The notes beneath the pieces are model-generated. The model was not told where the DNA came from and ran no database searches. It was given only the letters and a program-made list of their open reading frames with translations. The translations under genes were made by a program, and so were the position numbers. Shown here one piece after another: positions 1-9,365 of a stretch of DNA of 20,000 nt. The stretch is from an uncultured virus (IMG/VR IMGVR_UViG_3300013094_000041) (Duplodnaviria; Heunggongvirae; Uroviricota; Caudoviricetes), in the IMG/VR virus record IMGVR_UViG_3300013094_000041; one strand, written 5' to 3'. Positions within the stretch are counted from its first letter, which is position 1, and each line of letters opens with the position of its first letter.

Positions 1-101
1 AAGCTTTGAGCGCCGCTGGCGCTGCTGGCGGTTTGCCAAAAGACTTTAAAAAACAAGGCAGTGACTTAGCCGACCTTCAACTTCATAATTTAGTAGGTTA
101 A
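1..101 (+). CDS. 3' end of an upstream virion (probable ejection/pilot) protein, partial
   Basis: Open frame from position 3 reads ALSAAGAAGGLPKDFKKQGSDLADLQLHNLVG then TAA (99-101), ending 2 nt before the next ATG. Ala/Gly-rich like its neighbours. Not in the ORF track; product inferred from context. Confidence 0.7.
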   Translation, partial: ALSAAGAAGGLPKDFKKQGSDLADLQLHNLVG

Positions 102-103
102 GC

Positions 104-2509
104 ATGAACATTTCTCAGTTATCAGAACAGTTAAAAGACGTTCCGCAGGGTACGCTTATTGGCTATGCAAAGAATCCTAATAGCGTAGTGCCACAATTCT
201 TGGCTTTAGCTGAGATTCAACGCCGCCAACAATTACAAGCCCCTACTGAAGCTCCTAGCTCGACTGTTGCTAATGATGTACTGACACAAGCTACCGCGCC
301 TCAAATGCCACCTCAAATGGCACAGGGTCAACCCCAACAAATGCCTCAAGGTCAGCCACAGCAACCTCCTCAACAAGCCCAACAACTTCCAGAGAATCAG
401 CCTGGAGTAGCTCAATTGCCAACTGGCATGGGAAAAGGATTTGCTAATGGCGGTATCGTAGCTTTTGCTAGCGGCGATCTTATTGAAGATGAAACTGACG
501 ACGATCGTGAAATGGCTCAACTATTTCCAGAGTCTAGTATGAGTATGGAAGATTTACAGGCTTTATCGCAAAAAGCTGGTTCAGGAATTCGTTCTCTTGC
601 AAGCAATCTTCCACAATCCTATGAAGCAACTAAAGCTGCACAAAAAGCTGCTCCTAGTGATGGTTTAAGCACATTAATTTCAAGCGCGGCATCTAAACAT
701 AATGTACCAGCAGAATACTTAAATCGTATTGCTGGTATTGAAAGTAGTGGAAACCCTAATGCTGCGAATAAATTAAGCTCATCAAAGGGTTTATTTGGTT
801 TTACAGATAAAACATGGCAAGCTGTAGGCGGAAAACAAGGTGAGCAAACAGATCCGGAAAAGAGTGCTGATTTGGCTGCATTGCATTCCCGCCAAAATGC
901 AGAAGGTTTAAAATCTCATTTAGGCCGTAATCCAACCTATGGCGAAACATATACAGCTCATCATTTTGGTTTATCTGGTGCAAAACATCTGCTAGGAATG
1001 GACCCAAAAACCCCAATGGAAAAAGCAGTATCTCCATTAGTTCTGAAGCAAAATCCACAGTTGCAAGGTAAAACTGTTGGTCAGGTATTGAGTAACCTAT
1101 CCGGCAAAACTGGCGAAGGAATTGTTGCTCTGGCCGCTGGTGGGCATATCCCAAAATATAGTGGCACTACTTTAGATGAAAGCTTGGTAGAAAATGTTCC
1201 AGAAGTTAATGCTGGCAACAAATTGTTATCAGATTACCTGGCAGATGAAGAAAAAAGAAATGCCCCATATAAAGCAGATATTGCTAGAGAAAACGCACGA
1301 CTGCTAGAGAAGGCTCCTGCGCCATCCACTAAAGAATTAGCTAGACAGCAGCTAGGCATTGAAGAAACTGGAATTCCACGTTTGTTAAGCAACGCTAACA
1401 AGTCGTTGACTAGCTCTTTGGCTCAATACCAACCCAACATAAATGATGTAGCTCCAGAAGCTTCTTCTAATCAACCATCTGGAATAACTAATTACTTAAG
1501 AAGTTTAGTTAATTCAGTTAGCCAGTCTGATGGATCTCAAGTAACTCCTGCGGCTGCTGTTGCAGCTCCAAATCGTGTATCTCAAGGCGCTGTAGCTAAT
1601 AGAGACCCATACAGAAGCGCTCCTGCTTCTGCAGCCCCTTCTGCCCCTGCTGTTGCGCCTCCATTAAATGCATTTCAAGAAAATGCACCTAATACGCAAA
1701 ACATGGAAGATCAAGAATCAAATAAACATGCTGTTATTCCAAGAATAGAAACTTCTGGTACAGCTCCATTTGCACCACAAGCAGAGATTAAATCTACAAC
1801 AAGTTTGTATGAAGAAGCATTGGCTAAGAGCATTGAAGATCAAGCTGCTGCACTGGCTAAACAAGGACACATTAATGCTGCAATGTCAGTATTAAATGCT
1901 GGTTTTGGAATGATGAAATCTAGGTCTCCTTATATGCTCGGCGGAATTGGAGAAGGCGCGCAAGAAGGTGTTAGTACTTATGCTTCCCTTAAGAAACAAG
2001 AAGCAGACCAACTCAAAGACATCAACGCTATGCGTCTTGGATTATATAAATATGGAGCTGCTAAAGATACTTCTGCTGCCAGTTTAGCGGAAACAAAACG
2101 CGGCCATGATCTTGCTTATGGGGCAAAAGGTGATGCAGGAGAATTAAGAAATATTGGCCTGTATGAACAAGCTTATACTAAAGAAGAAAAAGCAATTGAT
2201 GCTAAAGCTGCTGCTCATTTGAAATCTCTTGGATTGGAGACTTTACCCCCAGAGTTGCAACTACAGTATGATGCTCAAAAGCAACAAGCAAAAGAGCAGT
2301 TACGTAAACTACATAACTTGCCGCCAGAGCCTACTGTACAATATAAGCCAATTACCGCAGCAATGCCAAAGTTAAATCCTACCGTTAAACAAAGGTTACC
2401 GGAATCAATGGGTGGATTGTCTGCTGCAGATATGAAGGCAATTGAATGGGCTAATAAAAACCCATACGATCCAAAAGCATGGGAAGTTAAAAACCGTTTA
2501 GGACTATAA
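104..2509 (+). CDS. Internal virion/ejection protein with lytic transglycosylase (SLT/lysozyme-like) domain
   Basis: 801 aa. About aa 190-330 has SLT motifs: AASKHNVPAEYLNRIAGIESSGNPNAAN (catalytic Glu in IES, nt 740), KGLFGF, DPEKSA, YTAHHFG. The rest is low-complexity Ala/Gln/Pro-rich, typical of podophage ejection proteins. Confidence 0.85.
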   Translation: MNISQLSEQLKDVPQGTLIGYAKNPNSVVPQFLALAEIQRRQQLQAPTEAPSSTVANDVLTQATAPQMPPQMAQGQPQQMPQGQPQQPPQQAQQLPENQPGVAQLPTGMGKGFANGGIVAFASGDLIEDETDDDREMAQLFPESSMSMEDLQALSQKAGSGIRSLASNLPQSYEATKAAQKAAPSDGLSTLISSAASKHNVPAEYLNRIAGIESSGNPNAANKLSSSKGLFGFTDKTWQAVGGKQGEQTDPEKSADLAALHSRQNAEGLKSHLGRNPTYGETYTAHHFGLSGAKHLLGMDPKTPMEKAVSPLVLKQNPQLQGKTVGQVLSNLSGKTGEGIVALAAGGHIPKYSGTTLDESLVENVPEVNAGNKLLSDYLADEEKRNAPYKADIARENARLLEKAPAPSTKELARQQLGIEETGIPRLLSNANKSLTSSLAQYQPNINDVAPEASSNQPSGITNYLRSLVNSVSQSDGSQVTPAAAVAAPNRVSQGAVANRDPYRSAPASAAPSAPAVAPPLNAFQENAPNTQNMEDQESNKHAVIPRIETSGTAPFAPQAEIKSTTSLYEEALAKSIEDQAAALAKQGHINAAMSVLNAGFGMMKSRSPYMLGGIGEGAQEGVSTYASLKKQEADQLKDINAMRLGLYKYGAAKDTSAASLAETKRGHDLAYGAKGDAGELRNIGLYEQAYTKEEKAIDAKAAAHLKSLGLETLPPELQLQYDAQKQQAKEQLRKLHNLPPEPTVQYKPITAAMPKLNPTVKQRLPESMGGLSAADMKAIEWANKNPYDPKAWEVKNRLGL

Positions 2510-2510
2510 G

Positions 2511-5500
2511 ATGGCTTTTGATATTGATGAGTATCTTGCAGGTGGAAAACAGCCAAAAGAAACAAAAGAGCCTAAAGAACCAGAAGCAAAGCAAGCTGGA
2601 TTTGATATTGATGCTTACCTGTCTGGAGCCGCTGCACCTGTAGATAATGAATCTAGCGCATTAGGCGCCTTTGGCCGCGGTGTATTACGCGGTGCTTTAC
2701 CTGCTGCTGCCGGTATTGTATCTGGCGCTGCTGGTGCAGTTGCTGGCGCGCCCGCAGGACCAGTGGGTTCTATTGCTGGCGGACTTGGACTTGGTTTTGC
2801 CGGCTCTGCTGCCGCTGCTGCAGCTCAAGAAAAGTTCTTAGAAGCGCATCCTGAAGTTGCCAAAGCTTTAGGTCTAGACATTGAGTCCACAAAAAAAGAC
2901 GAGGCCTATCCCTATGCCTCTATGGCTGGTGAGGTTGCACCTAATTTACTAGCATTCCGTCCTTCAGCCGCTATGTTTAAAAGCGCAAAAGGATTGGAAA
3001 AAGCCGCTGCTGAACGTTTAGCTGCTGAGAAAGCTGCTGCTATTACTAACTCAGTTTTGAATACTGGTGTTGGTGCCGGCGTTCAAGTTGGTCAAGAAGC
3101 TATGGGTGAAGAACCTATTGACTGGGGTAGAGTAGGCATCGCTGCATTAGGCGGTGCTCTAGGACAAAAAGAAACTAGTTTAGGACGAGGGTTAACCCGT
3201 ATAGGGGAAATACCAGCAGGAACAGCCACTAGAGCGGCTGTAAACGCTTTACGCCGTCCAGGCGAGGCTGCCCCAGACGTAGTTCCTGAAGTCCCCCCTA
3301 AAGCCGCAGAAACGCCTGCTGGACCAGACATTGTTCCCAAGTCTGCATCACAAGATACCCAAGCCATGTTGGATATGATTCCACAACCTGGCGAAGCTGC
3401 TGTAGTACCTCCAGTAAAATATGATCCTCAAGAGCTTATTCAAAAAGCACAAAACGATTTTAAAGGTGTAGTAACAACTAACAATGAGCAAACAGCTAAA
3501 GATATTTCTTCTAATTTAGGGCAAGAAGCTGCTGATATTTATTTGAATGAATTAAATCGCTTACATCAAGATGCTCTTGCAAAGCGAACAAAAGGAAATG
3601 TAGTTTCACCTGAAGTAGCACCTATTCCAGAAGGTCCTGCAATTAGGCCGTCTGATAAGGACGCAACCAACATTCCTAAGTTTGAACCTATTACTGATCC
3701 TGTTAATACACTGACAGCTAAAGAAGAGCCGCCAGTTGTAAAGTCTAAGACTGAACCACTCAAGCCTGTTGAGCTGGCAGAGCGCATTCAAAATCCTGAT
3801 GTTCAGGAAAGCCTTAAGCGTTATGCACAAGAAGCTGGTTGGGCGCAAAAGGGTGGCGGCATTCTTAGGGAAGTGGCCGATGATTACAGCTCTCCCGTGG
3901 TTGGACGCACTACATGGATTCCAAACAAAGCATGGTGGTCTGATCGTCCTGTTACTTTAAAAGGTGACATGAATGGTGAAGCTACTAGACGCGCTATCAA
4001 TAAAGCATATCGTGGTGAAAAGCTAACTGCCGATGAGCGCAGAATGGTTGATTTCTTAATCAAGCTGCACGACAACGATATGGTTGAAGGCGATATTATC
4101 CGCGCTGAAATGGAAGCTAAAGATAAAGAAATTGCTGATTTTCAAAAGCAATTCCAAACTCAAGAAACTCCAGAACAAGTTCAAGCTAGAACTACTGAAG
4201 AGCAAGCGCGGATTAAAGCGCAAGAAGATGAAGCTGTTCAAGCTGAAATGGATGCACTTGCTGAAAAGTCTCGCAAAGAGATTGCACAGCGCAGCCAAGA
4301 GCAAGCCGGAAACTTTGAGCTAGGCCAGACTCCAGAAGAGTCATTGACAGGTCAACGTAGACTTGGCGCCCAAGATGAAGACATTCCTTTTGACTTCCAA
4401 AAAGAAACTGCACAAGCAACTCCAGAACAAGTAGAAAAAGCACAATCAGTTATCAAACGTTTGCCTGGGGCTGATATGGCTTGGCAAGAAGGTGACCTTG
4501 GGCTTATCAAAGGTTATGGCGAAAAAACTGGCAATGTTATTTATACGCCGTATAAAAACGGCACTGGATGGCAATACGCCGTAGAAAAGTTAAGCGAATC
4601 CGACTTTAAGAAAATGGGATTCACACCAGCAGAACGTCAGCGTTTATTAGATGTTCGCGAAAGATTAGAAAAACAAGCTGAAGATTTGCATGCTAAAAAG
4701 CCATTTTTGAAGTTTGAAAAAGATGTGCAGTTTTCTCCAGACATTCCTGCAAACCTACAAAAGGTAGCAGAGAACTGGACAAAATTGCTAGGCATTAAGC
4801 AAAAGATTTACTTTACAACTTTAGAGCATGCTGCTGCAAATAAAGAAGAGTTTACTGGACCGCATCGTAAGATTGGTTCTGCAGCATCTGGACCGGATGA
4901 CGGCGGATTTACTGTGGTATTAGCTGATGGCAATAGAGTTATCGCATTTAAGAAAAGTCCAAGTGTCATTAAAACCCTTGAAACGATTGCTCATGAGCTT
5001 GGCCACACTCATATGTATGAAGTGTTTGATAAAGCTCCGCCAGAGGTTAGACAAGCATTATTTGACGAACATGCAAAGTGGCTTAAGACTCTTACCAAAA
5101 CAACTCCAGCAAAAGATATTGTTAATACATTACGCGCTAGAAAGTCTGCTAAAACGACAGTTATGCCAGAAGGACTTGAAGCAAGAAATTTAAAAGGTGT
5201 AGATGATTATTGGACGACCTTTAAAGAATGGTACGCAGATCAAACTGCAAAGTGGGCAACCACTAACGAAAAACCACTGACTGTAGTTGAAAAGTTTTTT
5301 AGCAAACTTGGAAAGTCTCTTAAATCTTTCTATTCCAAACTTAAAAATTCCGGTTATTTGCCTACTGAAACGTTTAAAAAGTATATTGATAGCCAAACCG
5401 CTAAGCTAGATTTAGAGCCGGTTGCTGAAAGGCAGGCAAGGATTCCGTCCGAAGCCGAGCAAATGAAGTTATTTAGTAAAGAAACAGCCGAAGCTGCCCC

Positions 5501-8315
5501 TGAGAAAGTTCCTGCATCCGCTAAGAACGTATTATCAGGTGTTAATAAAAAGAACGTTAACTGGTGGAAAAAAGCATTCCCAGGGGTTGATATTGAGGGC
5601 ATGCCAAAGACTACTGAGTCTAGCTATGATGTTGCTCCCAATACCTGGATACAAGAAAATATTATTCGTAAGTTTCAAGACAAGCATATTGACTTAAAGC
5701 GCACTGTCGCTGCAATCAAAAACAAGTTTGGTGAAATCTCAGAGCGCTGGAACCCATACGAAAAAGAGGGCCTATGGAAAAGCGATGCTGCGAACCAATT
5801 CGGAGAGTTTAACGATAAAGATCTGAAGCCATTAGCTAAAAAGATAGATGATCTTAATCTCACTACTAAAGAAGTTACAGACTACCTGCATAACAAACAT
5901 GCAGAAAGACGTAATAACCAGATGAACAAGATTAATCCAGATGTTATTGATGCTGATGGAACGGTTCATGAATACCCACTAAAGAACAGGGGTTCTGGTA
6001 TCCATACTGAAGATGCTCAAACATACCTTGATAGCTTGCCGAAAGACAAAAAAACAGCCCTAGAAGATGTTGCAAAAGATGTTTACAAGATAGTTAAAGA
6101 AACGCAAGAGCTTCTAGTTAGGTCTGGTCAGAAAACGCAAAAAGAAATTGATGCTTGGCGTGAGACATATGGAGACGAATACGTTCCATTGCAGCGAGAT
6201 ATGGAAGAAGAGTTTATGCGGAACCCTTCTGGTGGCAGTAGCATGGCTGCTAAAAATATCTTTGAAAAACGCGCTATGGGTTCTGAGCGTGACGTATTAG
6301 ATATTTTAAATAGTGTTGTTAGGCAGCGTGAGATTGCTATCGAAAATTCAGCAAAGATGAAGGTTGATCATGCTTTATTTGGTATGTTCTTAAAGTATCC
6401 AAACCCAGACCTTGCTCTTCCAGTAAGCCCTAAAGCCATGAAGAATCCTGAGCTGCTCGCAAGAGAGCTAGATGCGATGGGATTAAATGGCCAAGACATT
6501 GTTGGTATGATGCAGGAAAGACAAACTCGTACTCTGACAAAAAATAAAAATACAGGGCTTGATGAGGTAGTTTATAAAACCAATCCATTAGAGCGCTACA
6601 AAGACAATGTATTACCTATTCGTATGAATGGTGAAGATAGCTATCTTTTCTTCAATGCTAAAAATCCAGTATCTGCAAATATGGTTAAGGCTTTTCGCGG
6701 TATGGATACTCCTACGATTGGATTGTTTGGGCAGCAAGTTGGTAAAGTTACTCAATGGATGGCTAAAGTCAATACTCAATGGAACCCTGTATTTGGTGCA
6801 TTGAACTTTACGCGTGACTTTGGTTCGGCTATGGCTAACCTTTCTAGTACTGAACTCACTGGTCAGCAAGCTAAAATTGCTGGCGGTATTAAATCTGCTA
6901 TGGGTACGATTTGGCACACTATGCGTACTGGTGATTTTTCTGATACCCCAATGGGTAAACTATACAAAGAGTTTAGGGAAAATGGCGGACAAACTTTATA
7001 TCGTGAGCAGCTTTCAAGGCGCGCAGATCAAGAAAATGTTATCAATGAACACATTAGAAAGCTTAATAGCAATGTGGCAAAGAAAACAGCCAGCAGTTTC
7101 TTTAAAGGTCTATCAGACTTTAACGACTCCATTGAGAATGCTATTCGTTTATCGGCATATAAGGCTGCCAAAGAAAAAGGGCTGTCACCACAAAAGTCAG
7201 CAACCATTGCTAAAGAGTTGACGGTAAACTTTGACCGTAAGGGTGCTTATGGCCAGGCAGTAAACAATTACTTTGCCTTCTTTAATGCATCTGCTCAAGG
7301 TATTGCTCGCATGGGTCAGACCCTCAAAGGTCCTGCTGGCAAAAAAATTATAATGGGCGGTATCGGTTTAGGCGCGCTTCAGGCTGGAATGATGGAGATG
7401 GCTGGCTTTGGAGATAATGATCCACCAGAGTTTGTGAAGTCTAGAAACTTTATTATTCCTACACCAGACGGCAAGTACTTAGCTATTCCTTATCCATTAG
7501 GTCTGCACTTTCTACCAAATATGGGCCGCATTGCAGTTGAAACCGGTTTGCACGGCGACTTTAACAAACATGCTGGTAATATGGCTGCTGTTATCGCCGA
7601 CTCATTTAACCCATTAGGCGGTGGCGACTTGTCACTACAAACCATTACTCCTACAGCTTTAGATCCTGCAGTAGCTCTAGCGACCAATAAGGACCCATTC
7701 GGAAGACCAATTGCTAAGTTGGACCGTGCTACATCTCCATCCACTGGATTAAGTCGTTCACGAGATCAGTCTAGCGAAATTAATAAACATGTCGCAGAAG
7801 CCATTAACTATATTACCGGAGGAACAGAAGATACCAAAGGCTTCCTCAGTCCAACAGCAGACCAATTAGATTACCTAGTAGGTCAAGCTACTGGTGGTGC
7901 AGGTAGGGAGGCTATGAAGGTTAGCAAGGCTGTTACAGCGGTTGCTGAAGGCAAAACAGAAGACCTAGCTTCTTATGACATTCCTTTGGCTGGAAGGTTC
8001 TATGGTGATACCCAGTCTCCTGCTGCCAACTCGCAGCATTTTTATGACAATGTAACTAAGATGGCGGAGCATGAAGCCACCATCAAGGGTATGCGCGAGC
8101 GAAAAGAAAACGTTGCTGAATATCTACGTGATAATCCAGATGCTCGTTTATGGCAGCAAGCCAATAATGCTGAGAATCAAATATCTGCAATAAATAAACA
8201 ACAGAAGCAAATGCGCAAACTTGGGCGTGATGAAGATAGTATTAAAGCACTAGATAATCGCAAGCAACAGATCATGACTAGATTAAATGAACGTATTAAA
8301 GCAACACAAGAGTAA
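2511..8315 (+). CDS. Large polyvalent protein (virion-injected type) with zincin metallopeptidase and C-terminal LPD38-like domain
   Basis: 1934 aa. Gly/Ala-rich hydrophobic N-terminal segment. IAHELGHTHM (HExxH, nt 4992-5006) with a downstream EWYAD. C-terminal TVNFDRKG...FAFFNASAQG...IPYPLG...NKDPFGRPI...SPTADQLDYL...GGAG pattern resembles LPD38-type proteins. Confidence 0.8.
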   Translation: MAFDIDEYLAGGKQPKETKEPKEPEAKQAGFDIDAYLSGAAAPVDNESSALGAFGRGVLRGALPAAAGIVSGAAGAVAGAPAGPVGSIAGGLGLGFAGSAAAAAAQEKFLEAHPEVAKALGLDIESTKKDEAYPYASMAGEVAPNLLAFRPSAAMFKSAKGLEKAAAERLAAEKAAAITNSVLNTGVGAGVQVGQEAMGEEPIDWGRVGIAALGGALGQKETSLGRGLTRIGEIPAGTATRAAVNALRRPGEAAPDVVPEVPPKAAETPAGPDIVPKSASQDTQAMLDMIPQPGEAAVVPPVKYDPQELIQKAQNDFKGVVTTNNEQTAKDISSNLGQEAADIYLNELNRLHQDALAKRTKGNVVSPEVAPIPEGPAIRPSDKDATNIPKFEPITDPVNTLTAKEEPPVVKSKTEPLKPVELAERIQNPDVQESLKRYAQEAGWAQKGGGILREVADDYSSPVVGRTTWIPNKAWWSDRPVTLKGDMNGEATRRAINKAYRGEKLTADERRMVDFLIKLHDNDMVEGDIIRAEMEAKDKEIADFQKQFQTQETPEQVQARTTEEQARIKAQEDEAVQAEMDALAEKSRKEIAQRSQEQAGNFELGQTPEESLTGQRRLGAQDEDIPFDFQKETAQATPEQVEKAQSVIKRLPGADMAWQEGDLGLIKGYGEKTGNVIYTPYKNGTGWQYAVEKLSESDFKKMGFTPAERQRLLDVRERLEKQAEDLHAKKPFLKFEKDVQFSPDIPANLQKVAENWTKLLGIKQKIYFTTLEHAAANKEEFTGPHRKIGSAASGPDDGGFTVVLADGNRVIAFKKSPSVIKTLETIAHELGHTHMYEVFDKAPPEVRQALFDEHAKWLKTLTKTTPAKDIVNTLRARKSAKTTVMPEGLEARNLKGVDDYWTTFKEWYADQTAKWATTNEKPLTVVEKFFSKLGKSLKSFYSKLKNSGYLPTETFKKYIDSQTAKLDLEPVAERQARIPSEAEQMKLFSKETAEAAPEKVPASAKNVLSGVNKKNVNWWKKAFPGVDIEGMPKTTESSYDVAPNTWIQENIIRKFQDKHIDLKRTVAAIKNKFGEISERWNPYEKEGLWKSDAANQFGEFNDKDLKPLAKKIDDLNLTTKEVTDYLHNKHAERRNNQMNKINPDVIDADGTVHEYPLKNRGSGIHTEDAQTYLDSLPKDKKTALEDVAKDVYKIVKETQELLVRSGQKTQKEIDAWRETYGDEYVPLQRDMEEEFMRNPSGGSSMAAKNIFEKRAMGSERDVLDILNSVVRQREIAIENSAKMKVDHALFGMFLKYPNPDLALPVSPKAMKNPELLARELDAMGLNGQDIVGMMQERQTRTLTKNKNTGLDEVVYKTNPLERYKDNVLPIRMNGEDSYLFFNAKNPVSANMVKAFRGMDTPTIGLFGQQVGKVTQWMAKVNTQWNPVFGALNFTRDFGSAMANLSSTELTGQQAKIAGGIKSAMGTIWHTMRTGDFSDTPMGKLYKEFRENGGQTLYREQLSRRADQENVINEHIRKLNSNVAKKTASSFFKGLSDFNDSIENAIRLSAYKAAKEKGLSPQKSATIAKELTVNFDRKGAYGQAVNNYFAFFNASAQGIARMGQTLKGPAGKKIIMGGIGLGALQAGMMEMAGFGDNDPPEFVKSRNFIIPTPDGKYLAIPYPLGLHFLPNMGRIAVETGLHGDFNKHAGNMAAVIADSFNPLGGGDLSLQTITPTALDPAVALATNKDPFGRPIAKLDRATSPSTGLSRSRDQSSEINKHVAEAINYITGGTEDTKGFLSPTADQLDYLVGQATGGAGREAMKVSKAVTAVAEGKTEDLASYDIPLAGRFYGDTQSPAANSQHFYDNVTKMAEHEATIKGMRERKENVAEYLRDNPDARLWQQANNAENQISAINKQQKQMRKLGRDEDSIKALDNRKQQIMTRLNERIKATQE

Positions 8316-8402
8316 GTGATTTCCCTTATAAATCAATTAAATGTAGTGCATTCTTAAAATACTTATGGTAAAAACCTTTTAACCATAAGAGAGGAACGGT
8401 AT
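8316..8402 (+). promoter_or_regulatory. AT-rich intergenic region with inverted repeat, possible promoter and RBS
   Basis: CTTATGGT (8362-8369) / ACCATAAG (8382-8389) inverted repeat. GAGG RBS at 8391-8394. Weak GTGCAT-17nt-TAAAAA with a TG extension. Near-match to the IHF consensus (AATCAAttaaATG, 8331-8343). Confidence 0.45.
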
Positions 8403-9365
8403 ATGCAAAGCTATTACTTAACGGACGATCAATTTATATCAGAGTGGAAAAAAATAGGCAGTCCACAGAAATTTGCTGCGAAACATAAAATGGCAGTTCG
8501 CTCTGTTTATAACAGACGCCGAGGAATAGAATTAAGGTATGGAATGGATCTTCCTAGCGTTAATGATGCTAGATATTCTCCATTAAAGAAACTCCAGCAA
8601 ACTCCAGGTCATGCTCGCCGCGGTATCGATATGGAAAAGGGTCGAATAGTGGTCTTCTCAGATGCTCACTTCTGGCCCGGAGATTACACTACCGCATACA
8701 AAGCTTTATTGCTGATCATCAAGACATTCAAGCCTCAAGTCGTGGTGGCCAATGGAGATATATTTGACGGCTCTCAGGCGTCCCGACATGCTCGGATAGG
8801 CTGGGAGAATACTCCTACCGTTAAAGAGGAGCTAGAAGCCTGTAAAGAGTTCATGGAAGGCATTGAGAAGGCAGCCGTAGGTGCTGAACTCATATGGACG
8901 TTGGGTAATCATGATGCGCGTTTTGAGACATTTCTGTCGGCACAAACTGGAATGTACGAAGGAGTATCAGGGTTTACCCTTAAAGACCATTTTCCACTAT
9001 GGAAACCATGTTGGTCATTTTGGGTCAATGAAGACACTTGTATTAAGCATCGCTGGAAAGGTGGTTTTGGAGGTGGCCGCGCTAATGCCCTTAATTCGGG
9101 CGTAAACATGGTTACAGGACACACACACAATTTGGCAGTGCAACCCCTTACCGATTACAATGGAACGCGCTATGGCGTCCAAACAGGCTGTCTTGCTGAT
9201 CCTAATGGAGAACAATTTTTAGCGTATACTGAGGATAGTCCAAAGGACTGGCGCTCAGGGTTTACCCTACTATCTTGGGAAGAGGGAAGATTAATGCTTC
9301 CTGAGCTAATTCAAGTATGCGGGGAAAATTCTTTTGAATTCAGGGGCTGTATAAATAGATGCTAA
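8403..9365 (+). CDS. Calcineurin-like metallophosphoesterase with N-terminal HTH-like extension
   Basis: All canonical motifs present: FSDAH, NGDIFD, LGNHD, H, TGHTH. The N-terminal ~50 aa (SPQKFAAKHKMAVRSVYNRRR) looks like a helix-turn-helix. Confidence 0.92.
   Translation: MQSYYLTDDQFISEWKKIGSPQKFAAKHKMAVRSVYNRRRGIELRYGMDLPSVNDARYSPLKKLQQTPGHARRGIDMEKGRIVVFSDAHFWPGDYTTAYKALLLIIKTFKPQVVVANGDIFDGSQASRHARIGWENTPTVKEELEACKEFMEGIEKAAVGAELIWTLGNHDARFETFLSAQTGMYEGVSGFTLKDHFPLWKPCWSFWVNEDTCIKHRWKGGFGGGRANALNSGVNMVTGHTHNLAVQPLTDYNGTRYGVQTGCLADPNGEQFLAYTEDSPKDWRSGFTLLSWEEGRLMLPELIQVCGENSFEFRGCINRC

Noticed and set aside
299..390. CAA/CCT-rich repeats as a DNA-level repeat element
   Set aside because: Explained by a low-complexity Gln/Pro protein linker.
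233..7744. Short antisense and off-frame ORFs inside the two large + strand genes
   Set aside because: Fully nested shadow ORFs without recognisable motifs.
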